Below, one piece after another: positions 40,030 through 49,721 of a stretch of 64,000 nt of DNA. Both the position numbers and the translations under genes were made by a program. Positions within the stretch are counted from its first letter, which is position 1; each line of letters starts with the position of its first letter. The notes beneath the pieces are model-generated. The model made no database searches and was not told where the DNA came from. It worked only from the letters and a program-made list of their open reading frames with translations. This DNA is from Spirochaetia bacterium (lineage in GTDB: Bacteria > Spirochaetota > Spirochaetia > WTKD01 > G963693115), in assembly GCA_965218205.1 (NCBI GenBank), contig OZ244590.1, forward strand, positions 840,857 through 904,856, written 5' to 3'.

Positions 40030-41814
40030 ATGGACAATAAGAAACTACAAGGACTAGAAGAGAAATATACACAAGCAAAGGATAAACTAGACTTAGTAAG
40101 TGCTATTCTTAGTGCAGAACTCCCTAGCAATGCTGGATTGATTGAATTTAAGCGGTTATTACGTGAAGATTTTTTTAACTTTGCTAATGAAGAATCTTCT
40201 GTAGCAGAAGAGGCTGCATGTGTGTTAAGATTACAGAACATTGAAAAAGAGCTAGAACTTATGAGCAATTATTCTGCCATTATAGGAAAAACACGTATTG
40301 CTGTTGCAGGGGGCTTTAGCAGTGGAAAATCTAGTTTCTTAAATGGAATTATCCCTGATACAAACATTAAGCTCCCTACGGGAGTAAATCCTGTAACGGC
40401 AATTCCTACCTATATCATATCTCAACAATCAAAGAGTGCTGATACTACTATTACTGCTTTTTCCACAAAGGGAGGAAATACGCCTATCTCTAGTGAAATA
40501 TATAATAAATTATCCCATGATTTTATCAATTCACTAGGGTTTAATCTAAAAGATATTCTTGCGTTTATGGCAATAACCATTTCAGAAAAAAGATATGAGC
40601 ATATTTGCTTTATTGATACCCCTGGAATTTCAAATGATGAGTCTGATAAAAAAACAGCATCTGAGTTTGTGGAGCAATCTGATATAGTACTGTGGTGTAT
40701 TGATATTGAAAGAGGTACTGTGCCAAAAACAGATCTTGAATTTATAAGGGAACATTTAAAAGAAAAAACAATCTATGTAGTGATGAGCAAGGCTGATATA
40801 AAATCCTCTGAGGAAATTGAAGATATACTTGATGAGGTGGAAGAAATGCTCCACGATGAAGATATTGCCATAGAGGGAATCTCAGCCTGTAGTTTTCTTA
40901 ATGGCAAAGAGAAGACAACATCAAGAAAAATGAGTATATACGATTTTCTCACATTGTATAACAAAAACAGTACAAAGCATGAAAAAGAAACACTCATTGC
41001 TCGCGTAGAGGAGGTTTGTGATATATACGATAAGGCTATCAATGAAAGTATCAAATTTAGCAAAGAGCATAAGGAAGAATTACGCTCTATTGGGCTTGAT
41101 GTACTAGCATTAGGAGAGGAGGATGAGGAGGAATTAGCTAGAAAGAGGTTAAAGGCATTCAAGATGAAATTCGGAGAGGCAAGTAAGGCATTCAAGGTAT
41201 ACCAAGTGAAATTAAGAGAGACATTTGAGGCATTCAAGGTGAAAGTTGGAGAGGCATCAGGGGTGAAAGTTGGAGAGGTATTAGAATCAGCATTCAAGAT
41301 GAAATGGGGAGAGGCATTCGGACATGGGTTAGAGGCATTCGGAGAGGTGGTATCTGAGATAAAATTAAAAGAGGCATTTGAAGTATTAATAGGGGCATCT
41401 GAGGCATTAGGAGAGGCATTAGATGTATTTGAAGAGGTGGCATCTGACGCGAAATTAGAAGAGGCATCTGAGGCATTCGGAAAGGCATTTCAGGTATTTA
41501 AAGGAGCATTAGAGGCATTCGGAGATGCATCTGAGGCATTCGGAGAGGTGGTATCTGAGACGAAATTAGAAGATGCATTTGAAGAGGTGGCATTAGAGGC
41601 ATTAGGAGATGCATTAGAGAGATTTGGTGTGAAATTAAGCGAGATAGAAAAAAGCGGCAGTAACATCAGCATAAGCGATAAACTAAGAGAGATGCAGCAA
41701 AAATTTGATTATAAGAAACATCAAGGGCAATTAAAGAAATTAGCTACTATCAGAACACAAATGATAGGTGCTATACACGATACATTTAAGGCGAGTAATA
41801 GCAAAAAAAGATAA
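40030..41814 (+). CDS. Bacterial dynamin-like GTPase, paralogue 3, with a C-terminal EAFG/EALG tandem-repeat region.
   Basis: G1 GGFSSGKSSFLNGII, G3 DTPGISND, G4 VMSKAD. The start is 4 nt after the previous gene's stop. Confidence 0.7.
   Translation: MDNKKLQGLEEKYTQAKDKLDLVSAILSAELPSNAGLIEFKRLLREDFFNFANEESSVAEEAACVLRLQNIEKELELMSNYSAIIGKTRIAVAGGFSSGKSSFLNGIIPDTNIKLPTGVNPVTAIPTYIISQQSKSADTTITAFSTKGGNTPISSEIYNKLSHDFINSLGFNLKDILAFMAITISEKRYEHICFIDTPGISNDESDKKTASEFVEQSDIVLWCIDIERGTVPKTDLEFIREHLKEKTIYVVMSKADIKSSEEIEDILDEVEEMLHDEDIAIEGISACSFLNGKEKTTSRKMSIYDFLTLYNKNSTKHEKETLIARVEEVCDIYDKAINESIKFSKEHKEELRSIGLDVLALGEEDEEELARKRLKAFKMKFGEASKAFKVYQVKLRETFEAFKVKVGEASGVKVGEVLESAFKMKWGEAFGHGLEAFGEVVSEIKLKEAFEVLIGASEALGEALDVFEEVASDAKLEEASEAFGKAFQVFKGALEAFGDASEAFGEVVSETKLEDAFEEVALEALGDALERFGVKLSEIEKSGSNISISDKLREMQQKFDYKKHQGQLKKLATIRTQMIGAIHDTFKASNSKKR
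41150..41640 (+). repeat. Degenerate in-frame tandem repeat array (GAGGCATTCGGAGA-like units) inside the dynamin-like paralogue 3 CDS.
   Basis: Repeated DNA units encode repeated peptides such as EAFGEVVSE(I/T)KL(K/E)(E/D)AFE, EASEAFG and EALGDAL. Spurious minus-strand ORFs in the same interval are by-products. Confidence 0.75.
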
Positions 41815-41828
41815 ATATTATAATGTAT

Positions 41829-42251
41829 CTACATACACAACTCTTCGTATTCTAGCTGTTGTGGTGAATGTGTTGCTGCAGTTGCGGTGGGAGTTTTGAA
41901 TATAGTGTGTGTAAACACCTGTTGCCAGTGCAGTATTTTTGCTGTTTCTTTTGTTTTTTGTCTAAACAATGTGAGTGTTGCTTCGTATGTATCGCTAAGT
42001 TCATATATGAAGTATAAGTATATTTCGTATAGTTTTGATTGAGAGAAGTATGTATTGTTATATGCGGTATGTACTGCATCAATAGTATATAACAGACTGA
42101 GAAGATGCTGTACATGGTAGTCTATTTCTGACATATGTATAGTCTCTGTGTCGGTATGTGTTAAGTGTGTTTGTATGTGTGTACATAATTCAATAGCGGT
42201 ATGTACAGAGTCAATTTGTTTTTTAATACTATAGGCCTTAGTTTCTTGCAT
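41829..42251 (-). CDS. Hypothetical protein downstream of fliS (possible flagellar-associated protein).
   Basis: ORF only; the call rests on its position next to fliS. Confidence 0.3.
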   Translation of the reverse strand: MQETKAYSIKKQIDSVHTAIELCTHIQTHLTHTDTETIHMSEIDYHVQHLLSLLYTIDAVHTAYNNTYFSQSKLYEIYLYFIYELSDTYEATLTLFRQKTKETAKILHWQQVFTHTIFKTPTATAATHSPQQLEYEELCM

Positions 42252-42265
42252 ATCTTCTTGTATAT

Positions 42266-42706
42266 CTATAGTGAAATATTAAGTCCTTTTCTTGTATTTG
42301 GCATAGTCTTGCTGGTAGTCCGTACTACTTCTTTCCATGCTTCTAGTAGTTCTTTTAAGCAGTGAATAATAGGAATGATTCTTTTGCTATCTTTAGTAAA
42401 GTTTGCTTCTCGTAGCTCTTGATTAAAATAAAGATATAAATTATATAGGTTATCATACAATGAGCTACTTGCATTTTTGTTGAGAGAGAGCATAAGCTCG
42501 GTAATAAGTGCTTGAGATTTAGTGAGGAGATTGTTTACTGTATCAAACGATCTATGTTTTTCTTTTTCTAGTAATGCTACTGCTTGTTCTAAAAAAGTTA
42601 TAGTTTCTTCATACATGGTAATGATTAAAGTGCCACTATCCGCAGTTTTTAAATCTATTTCTTTATACATTTTTGCTAATTCGTATTGTTCTTGGTTCTG
42701 ATTCAT
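42266..42706 (-). CDS. fliS: Flagellar export chaperone FliS.
   Basis: Length (146 aa) and pattern TADSGTLIITMYEETITFLEQAVALL...LLTKSQALITEL...LYDNLYNLYLYFNQEL...LLEAWKEV match the FliS four-helix bundle. Confidence 0.65.
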   Translation of the reverse strand: MNQNQEQYELAKMYKEIDLKTADSGTLIITMYEETITFLEQAVALLEKEKHRSFDTVNNLLTKSQALITELMLSLNKNASSSLYDNLYNLYLYFNQELREANFTKDSKRIIPIIHCLKELLEAWKEVVRTTSKTMPNTRKGLNISL

Positions 42707-42796
42707 ATGCTATGTCCTGTACTAATTATGCTTGTAAGTAGTAATATATATAGTATCGGCTTTCATACACAAAAGTTTATATGTTTTGCATTGCTT

Positions 42797-44476
42797 CTAT
42801 GTACCCGTTTTGTTGTTTTTGTCTATTTGCTGTAAAAATAAATAGGCCTGCTCTTTTGCTTGTGCGCTAAACATAGCGCTCCCATTCATAGTAGAACAAC
42901 CGTGTTGTTTTGCTTCTCGGAGAAATTTTGTTTCTGGGGGAGTATAGATAATATCATAGACAGTTTCTTTGCCCGAAAAATGATATGCAGGCAGAGGGGA
43001 TATATCTTCTGTCATGCCAACACTCGTAGTTTGTATAATAATATCTGCGTTCCATTGTTTCATTGTTGCATACTCTTGTAATAAACAATAAGAGATAGGA
43101 TAGGGAGAGAAGTGCTGTGCTATTGTTTTTGCGTTATCAATGCTTCTGTTGGCTATGAGGATATTTGCTCCACAGAGCTGTAACGCATAGGCTACTGATT
43201 TTGCTGATCCTCCTGCTCCTATAATGAGGCAGGATATATCTTTAAGTACATTATGGTAATTGTCAATACTGAGAGGCGATGTGTGTTCTTTATAGGGAAT
43301 ATGGAGTGTTTCCAGTAATGGATGTAAAAACCCAAATACATCAGTATTGTATCCTTTCCACTCTTTTGTTGTGCAGAGTACTGTGTTGCAAGATGCACAT
43401 GCTTGCACTACTTGGTTGCTATATTTTAAGGTACTGATAATAGTACTTTTATGAGGTACTGTTACCGATAAGCCTTGTATGTTCATATATTCTGCTATGC
43501 TCTGTATGTGTGTGATAGCATCGCTGTGGAGATGAATATACACTGCTTTTTTATTTCTTTCTTGAAATAAGGCATTAAAATACTGGGGGGATTTTGAATG
43601 GAGTACAGGGTTGCCTATGACTGCAAATACAGGAATATTGTTATTGGTGTTCAGTTGTAGTTCGTGATAACGATACATGGTATCAAGCTGATATGCTGAG
43701 ATTTGTCCTAGTGTTTGTGTAAGTGCTGAGGATGAGTCTGTAGTGTCAGGGAGATCTGGACTACAGTAGGTCCACAGTGATGAACTAAGATAACTGAGAA
43801 TACGAGCAGCTTGCCCAAAACTTCCCATAGGGATGAGAATATACTCGTGTGCGTCTTTTTGTAATTCATTACTCGCTATGAGGTATTGGTGAAAATCTGC
43901 ACTACTGTTACAGTGTATTGCGTATTTGATAATAGCAAAAGGGTATTTGTTTGCGTAATATCGTAGAGTGTGTATAAGCTCTTCGGCAAAAAAGGTAGGA
44001 GAAGCATTGTCTTTTTTATGATGCGTTTGCTTTTTTGTAGAGTGAGGGGTAAATACATGCTGTGAAAGAATAATACGGCAAGTGCTGTTATGTGCTATTG
44101 ATGTTTTATGTGCAGCAAGTATAAATGAGGTATTTTCTTGCTTGGTGCTGTCTTGTAATTCTATATCAACATATTCAAATAAGGATGCTTGTATTATCTT
44201 TATGAGTATATCTTGTTTGTGTAATGGGCTATTGTTGTTATTACTATCGTTATTACTGTCGCTATTACTCCAATGTCCGCCATCGTAGTGTTCACGAATG
44301 GTACATATGCCAGGCAATGAGAGCTGTTGTTTCCATTGTTCTATATTGTTCCAATGGAGCTCATTTTTATCAAGAAAATCGACTCGTAACTCAAATAAAT
44401 CAGCATAATTTTGATTTATTTGCAATAAATGATTATTTTTTTCAAAAGTAGTAGCATTTAAGCAGACACATATCAT
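42797..44476 (-). CDS. aroDE: Bifunctional 3-dehydroquinate dehydratase (type I) / shikimate 5-dehydrogenase (AroD-AroE fusion).
   Basis: N-terminal DHQase-I-like domain (ADLFELRVDFL). C-terminal shikimate dehydrogenase motifs (VIGNPVLHSKSPQYFNALF; GAGGSAKSVAYAL). An internal Ser/Asn/Asp low-complexity insert is present. Confidence 0.8.
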   Translation of the reverse strand: MICVCLNATTFEKNNHLLQINQNYADLFELRVDFLDKNELHWNNIEQWKQQLSLPGICTIREHYDGGHWSNSDSNNDSNNNNSPLHKQDILIKIIQASLFEYVDIELQDSTKQENTSFILAAHKTSIAHNSTCRIILSQHVFTPHSTKKQTHHKKDNASPTFFAEELIHTLRYYANKYPFAIIKYAIHCNSSADFHQYLIASNELQKDAHEYILIPMGSFGQAARILSYLSSSLWTYCSPDLPDTTDSSSALTQTLGQISAYQLDTMYRYHELQLNTNNNIPVFAVIGNPVLHSKSPQYFNALFQERNKKAVYIHLHSDAITHIQSIAEYMNIQGLSVTVPHKSTIISTLKYSNQVVQACASCNTVLCTTKEWKGYNTDVFGFLHPLLETLHIPYKEHTSPLSIDNYHNVLKDISCLIIGAGGSAKSVAYALQLCGANILIANRSIDNAKTIAQHFSPYPISYCLLQEYATMKQWNADIIIQTTSVGMTEDISPLPAYHFSGKETVYDIIYTPPETKFLREAKQHGCSTMNGSAMFSAQAKEQAYLFLQQIDKNNKTGT

Positions 44477-44501
44477 ATTATCATTGTAGAATATAAAAAG
44501 A

Positions 44502-45776
44502 ATGAATGAAAGAGTATATTGTAATGAATTATATAAGTATGTAGGTACACAGGTATGTATTGAAGGATGGGTACATAAGGTACGTGATTTAGGAGCAATA
44601 AGCTTTATTATTGTCCGCGATAGAACGGGCTTTGTGCAGGTTGTGAGTGATACTGTTGCTTGTAAGGTGGAAAGTGTAGTGCGTATGACGGGGACTGTGT
44701 TAGAAAATGAGAAAGCTCCAGAAGGGGTAGAACTGCAGTTACAGGATATGAAACTGTTCTCAGAGCCTGCTGATGAGCTTCCTATTTCTGTGTCTTTAGA
44801 GTATGAAAAATACGGCCTTGAGGTATTGCTAAATCAACGGCATCTGTCTCTGCGAAACCCAAAGTTGCGTTCGGTTTTTGAAGTGCAATCGGAGATTATC
44901 TATGCATTTTCGCAGTGTTTACGTGAAAAAGGATTTTATGAGATAAAGACAAGCAAAATTATCAATAGTGGCACAGAAGGTGGTACGGGATTATTTGAAG
45001 TACAGTATTTTAATACCACTGTGTTTCTTTCTCAGTCCCCACAGTTTTATAAGCAAGCGGCAGTAGCTACAGGCTTAGAGAAAGTGTTTGAGGTAGGTGC
45101 TGCATATAGGGCAGAAAAACATGAGACAAACAGGCATCTCAATGAGTATGTTTCTCTTGATTTAGAAATTGGGTTTATAGAAAGTCTTGATATATTGTTT
45201 TCAATAGAGAGAGACATTATGAGTTTCATAGCAGAACGCCTTTTAAGTACCTGTGCTACTCAGATACAATTATGGGATGTTACTATTCCGAGTCCTGAGA
45301 GTTTTCAAAAAGCTCCTGCCTTGTCCTATGATGAAGTAAAAGAGATAGCATCGAAGCAGGTAGGGAAAAAGCTTATGGAAATTGATGGGACAGCAGAAAA
45401 AGCTATTTCGGATTGGGCAAAGAAAGAACATGGTATTGCTGCAGTATTTATTTACGGGTATCCTAGAAGAAAGCGTCCTTTTTATACTATGCCCGATGAT
45501 GCAAAAACAAAGAGTTTTGATTTTATCTTTAATGGAGTAGAACTTACCTCAGGGGGATTACGTATTCATGATTATGCTATGTTATTAGAAAATGTAAAGC
45601 GTTTTGGAATGGATGCAAATACATTGCAAGATTATCTTTCCATTTTTAAGTATGGATGTCCTCCTCATGGAGGCTTGGCTATTGGCTTAGAACGATTGAC
45701 ACAGAAATTTCTTAATATAGACACAGTAAAACTTGCATCAATGTTTCCTCGCGATAGAAATAGAGTAAGTCCATAG
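44502..45776 (+). CDS. aspS: Aspartate--tRNA ligase, archaeal/type-2 (probably non-discriminating).
   Basis: Class IIb motifs: QSPQFYKQ, motif 2 YRAEKHETNRHLNEY, motif 3 GGLAIGLERL. The short ~424-aa architecture is typical of archaeal-type AspRS. Confidence 0.8.
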   Translation: MNERVYCNELYKYVGTQVCIEGWVHKVRDLGAISFIIVRDRTGFVQVVSDTVACKVESVVRMTGTVLENEKAPEGVELQLQDMKLFSEPADELPISVSLEYEKYGLEVLLNQRHLSLRNPKLRSVFEVQSEIIYAFSQCLREKGFYEIKTSKIINSGTEGGTGLFEVQYFNTTVFLSQSPQFYKQAAVATGLEKVFEVGAAYRAEKHETNRHLNEYVSLDLEIGFIESLDILFSIERDIMSFIAERLLSTCATQIQLWDVTIPSPESFQKAPALSYDEVKEIASKQVGKKLMEIDGTAEKAISDWAKKEHGIAAVFIYGYPRRKRPFYTMPDDAKTKSFDFIFNGVELTSGGLRIHDYAMLLENVKRFGMDANTLQDYLSIFKYGCPPHGGLAIGLERLTQKFLNIDTVKLASMFPRDRNRVSP

Positions 45777-45799
45777 TGTAAGGGCTGGATTATAAGCAT

Positions 45800-46927
45800 A
45801 TGCAATCACAGAAAAATATTGAACTTATGTTAGGGCATAGCCCTTCCTCTATTTGTTTTGTATCATCGTTGCAAGAGCTATTTTCTATGCTTGTGTCTAC
45901 TGATATGGTGGTACTTGATAGGGCAATACAGGATAATTTTTCTTTTCAATCGTTATTGGATGCTTCCTCTCATCTTGTGATGAATGGAGGTGAGCTAGTA
46001 AAAACACAGTCATCAGTACGAGAGATAACAGACGCTTTTTTTCAATACACTCTGTTACGCACAAGTACTGTCACTGCAGTAGGAGGAGGAGCAATTTGTG
46101 ATAGCGTTGCTTTTGCAGCTTCTCTGTACATGAGGGGGGTGGACTGTGTGCTAGTACCAACGACCTTGCTTGCTATGGTAGATGCATCCATTGGAGGAAA
46201 GACTGCAATAAATGCCTATCATCGTAAAAATATTATTGGGAGTTTTTATCCTCCTAAACAAGTTATTGTCTGTCCTGAATTTTTGTCTGCTTTGCCACAG
46301 CGTCATTATATAAGTGGTATTGCAGAAATTATAAAAGCAGGGATGTTGTATGATCCTGTTATTCTGAGTATGTTTGAAACACTGGTATCTCAAAGTGAAC
46401 TTTCTGATGATAACAAAGAACATACACATACCAAAGATGTTTGCTCTTTGTTACGACAAGAATCTCATAGTGCAGTGTTGCTTGAGCTTATTGAACGAGC
46501 TGTTTTAGTCAAAAAAATGGTAGTAGAAACTGACTTTAAGGAACAGAATATTCGTTCTTTTCTTAACTTAGGCCATACCTTTGCTCATGCTATTGAGAGT
46601 AATGCACAAAAGAAAGGCTTGGATATGTTACACGGAGAAGCAGTAGGACTAGGGATACGAAGTGCTTTGAAACTAGGGGAACGCCTAGCAATGACAGAGA
46701 GTGCCTATGCAAGCAGAATATATGCCCTGCTTGATGCTATAGGGTTTCTGAAAGAGTATACTGTATTTAGTATGGACGATATTCTCTCTGCCATGAAACA
46801 CGATAAGAAAGTAGATGAAAAAGGATTGCGTTTTATACTACAAAAACAGCAAGGTGAGACCGAAATAGTATATGTAGAGGAAACTATAGTGAAAGAGGTA
46901 CTTCTTTCTATGAATATCTCTTCTTAA
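45800..46927 (+). CDS. aroB: 3-Dehydroquinate synthase.
   Basis: GGGAICD nucleotide-binding motif, KNIIGSFYPP, and metal-binding His residues (HTFAHAIE...HGEAV). Confidence 0.85.
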   Translation: MQSQKNIELMLGHSPSSICFVSSLQELFSMLVSTDMVVLDRAIQDNFSFQSLLDASSHLVMNGGELVKTQSSVREITDAFFQYTLLRTSTVTAVGGGAICDSVAFAASLYMRGVDCVLVPTTLLAMVDASIGGKTAINAYHRKNIIGSFYPPKQVIVCPEFLSALPQRHYISGIAEIIKAGMLYDPVILSMFETLVSQSELSDDNKEHTHTKDVCSLLRQESHSAVLLELIERAVLVKKMVVETDFKEQNIRSFLNLGHTFAHAIESNAQKKGLDMLHGEAVGLGIRSALKLGERLAMTESAYASRIYALLDAIGFLKEYTVFSMDDILSAMKHDKKVDEKGLRFILQKQQGETEIVYVEETIVKEVLLSMNISS

Positions 46928-46984
46928 AAATAGAGCCGTATATGAGTATTTATTGTAAAAACAAATAGGCATAAAACTAACAGT

Positions 46985-48139
46985 ATGAAAATATCAAACA
47001 TAGCATTTATATCCCTGTATCTTGTATGCACAGTGTTTTACAGCGTTGTAGGACAACAAGCATCGCAAAATCAAGATACAGCAGTAATTTCGGAACAAGC
47101 AAGAGAGGACATATCATCGTATGATGAAGCAGTACCAGTGGATGCTACGGGTACTCCTGTTGCGTATAGCCAGTTTCTTTTTAGTAGCAGTGGAGTTATA
47201 AACTCTCTTTCACAAACGGTAAATACAGTACTCTTAAAAGGAAGTACTGTTTCGTGGGATGTCGTTGCTAAAAAACGCTATGCGGCAGTAGTACAATCTT
47301 CAACATTAGATACTGCCATTCGTTTGAATGTAGATGGCATAACAGTATACCGCGATCTGTATCTTGGGGAACAAGCTGGGATTGTTTTTAGTCCCGTGCA
47401 AGACTCTACTGTACAATTAACAGCGTTTGCTAACACAACGTTTTTTTCTTATGATGAAGAAACATTTGATGGATCGTATGTTATGAAAGTATACGAGGTG
47501 CAAGCAGAACCTGATGTGATAGAGCAGTTTCCTTACAATAGTAGTTCTCGTATAGATGAACACCATTCTCTTGCATTACGCAAAGCAAGAGAGTATACTA
47601 TTGCTTTACAACAGGATGTACGGGTATACATCCGTTTGTTTAGTGATGTGTTTGATCCTTTGCTTGAACTGTCTGATACGTATGGAAGGAGCATTATATC
47701 AGATGACTGGCAAGGGGATGAATCAATCATTACATTGCTCTCTCCTAAAACAGATGATTATTTTATCACTGTAAGTTCTTTTGATGGAAGTCAAAGTGGT
47801 GCATATACATTGTTTGCTGCTACCAGTAATAATGAGATTGTCCTTGAAGAGAGTAGTACTATTTCACAGTCGGATACGCAATTACTATCGCAATATTACA
47901 AGGAGTACAGCATTACTATGGGCGAAAAAGATTTTCGAGCTCTTGATATACATGCTCTTGATGGGGATATTACCATTGCTTTTACCACTAAAGAAAAACA
48001 GACTATTGTACAGTATGATGTCGCAAAGAAACAGCGTTTATCTCTGCCGTTATTTGTCAGTAAAAGAGGAGAATATTTAATTATACTGTTATCTTCCACT
48101 CCTGCCATTGTAAACTATACTCTGACAATATATAAGTGA
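46985..48139 (+). CDS. Hypothetical secreted protein or lipoprotein (384 aa).
   Basis: Signal peptide (MKISNIAFISLYLVCTVFYS); no recognised domain. Confidence 0.5.
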   Translation: MKISNIAFISLYLVCTVFYSVVGQQASQNQDTAVISEQAREDISSYDEAVPVDATGTPVAYSQFLFSSSGVINSLSQTVNTVLLKGSTVSWDVVAKKRYAAVVQSSTLDTAIRLNVDGITVYRDLYLGEQAGIVFSPVQDSTVQLTAFANTTFFSYDEETFDGSYVMKVYEVQAEPDVIEQFPYNSSSRIDEHHSLALRKAREYTIALQQDVRVYIRLFSDVFDPLLELSDTYGRSIISDDWQGDESIITLLSPKTDDYFITVSSFDGSQSGAYTLFAATSNNEIVLEESSTISQSDTQLLSQYYKEYSITMGEKDFRALDIHALDGDITIAFTTKEKQTIVQYDVAKKQRLSLPLFVSKRGEYLIILLSSTPAIVNYTLTIYK

Positions 48140-48224
48140 TGCATAATACATACATGGTATAGAGGGAATGTATGCGTTGCTATTGTAGTTTGTAGTGTTG
48201 TATATAGGGAGTTATATATAATGC

Positions 48225-49721
48225 TTATTTATAGTTTCGTGGGTTTATAGCATATTTATTGATACGCAATCCTAGTTGGCGTTCTGTTAATTGTAAAAGC
48301 AAGGCTGCTTGCTTTATGTTTCCTCGTGAGCTTTTTAAGGCATCAATAATTAAATCGGTTTCTACTTGGGAAATTTTTATATGAAAACTTTCTGTAGTAT
48401 TGGTATTGGAGCTTTCTGCACTTTGTAAGCTAGGAGGAAGGAGGTGAGCATGGATGACTCCGCTTTCACAGGATCTGTAGGCATAGTTGATGACTTGTTG
48501 TAGCTCGCTTACATTTCCAGGCCAATGGTACGAAGTCAATAAATTGATAGCAGGGGTAGAGATACGTTTGATATTTTTTTTGAATCGTTTGTTTTCATTG
48601 TTTAAGAAATGGTTCATAAAAATTACAATATCATTTTTTCGTTTTCTCAGTGGAGGCACAGTAACCTTGTTTTGAATAAGCAAAGCATATAATTGTTCAT
48701 CAATCAAAGCATTGTCTTTAAGGACAGAGATAGTATCGGAGCTAGTAAAAACACAGCGAGTTTTTAGCGGTTCTATTGAATTATGAATAGCATATTCTTT
48801 ATTGAACAAAATTTGTATAATATGTTTTTGTAATACTAGGGGAAGTAATGTAAATTCTTCTATGATAAGGGTTGAATTTTGTGCTTGATGTAACGCTGTA
48901 TTAAATTCCTTCTCTAGTTCTTTAGGAGGCTTGTTATCGGACTTATAACAGTAATAGCTGATAGGAGCGAGTGTTTTTCGATTACTTGCGTAATGGATAG
49001 CATGTGCAAAAAAAGTCTTGCCACTGCCTTCTTCTCCGTATATCAGAATATGAGTATCAAGTTTGCTTATTTTGTATATTTCCATCTTAAAGTCTTTTAT
49101 TATGCCTGAATTGCCTAGTAAATTTTCTATTCTTAATTGAGAGTTTTCATGGGTAAGAAAGGGAGTTTCGTCTATTGATTGTAATTTTGTAAGGCGTCTC
49201 ACTACTGCTGGAGCAATAAGGAAAGAGAGTACTTTTAGCTTATTAGCAATGCCAAGCAATTTTGTCATACTTTGTTTTGGGGGAGTAATGCTAATAGTGC
49301 CAAGAATTTTTTGTTGATACAATATAGGGATACAGATAAATGCAAGTTGAGATAGCCGATTTCCGCGTTGCTTTGTTTTTTCTAAAAAGCGTTTCTCTTG
49401 GGATATGTCAGGGATAATCATTACTTGTTTTGATTGTACTACCTGTCCAATAATACCTTCTCCTGTTTTGTATTGTCCTTTCATTTTTTCTTCTGCTGAG
49501 AGCCCATAGGAAGAATCGATATAAATTTCTTCTTTTTGTTGATCATATATGGTGATAGCACCATCTTCAATCTCAAAGTAATCTGCGACAATCATAAAAA
49601 TAGGATTGAGTGTATCTTCAAGATTAATGTTGCTTTCCAATAAGTAACATATATCCATAAAGAGATTTAATTCTGTATTGTTGTCATCTGTTAAGGTTTC
49701 TTGAAAATTGTGTATTGTCAT
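48225..49721 (-). CDS. AAA+ enhancer-binding-protein-like transcriptional regulator (sigma-54-activator fold) that lacks the GAFTGA loop.
   Basis: GAF-like N-terminus, Walker A GEEGSGKTF, Walker-B-like IIEEF, and a C-terminal Fis-type HTH (GNIKQAALLLQLTERQLGLRINKY). The ESELFGH...GAFTGA segment is absent. Confidence 0.65.
   Translation of the reverse strand: MTIHNFQETLTDDNNTELNLFMDICYLLESNINLEDTLNPIFMIVADYFEIEDGAITIYDQQKEEIYIDSSYGLSAEEKMKGQYKTGEGIIGQVVQSKQVMIIPDISQEKRFLEKTKQRGNRLSQLAFICIPILYQQKILGTISITPPKQSMTKLLGIANKLKVLSFLIAPAVVRRLTKLQSIDETPFLTHENSQLRIENLLGNSGIIKDFKMEIYKISKLDTHILIYGEEGSGKTFFAHAIHYASNRKTLAPISYYCYKSDNKPPKELEKEFNTALHQAQNSTLIIEEFTLLPLVLQKHIIQILFNKEYAIHNSIEPLKTRCVFTSSDTISVLKDNALIDEQLYALLIQNKVTVPPLRKRKNDIVIFMNHFLNNENKRFKKNIKRISTPAINLLTSYHWPGNVSELQQVINYAYRSCESGVIHAHLLPPSLQSAESSNTNTTESFHIKISQVETDLIIDALKSSRGNIKQAALLLQLTERQLGLRINKYAINPRNYK

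Noticed and set aside
40773-41672. Minus-strand ORFs (174, 64 and 60 aa) rich in S/P/N/A repeats
   Set aside because: They are antisense to the EAFG tandem-repeat region of dynamin-like paralogue 3. The repeats suppress stops on the opposite strand, so these are not genes.
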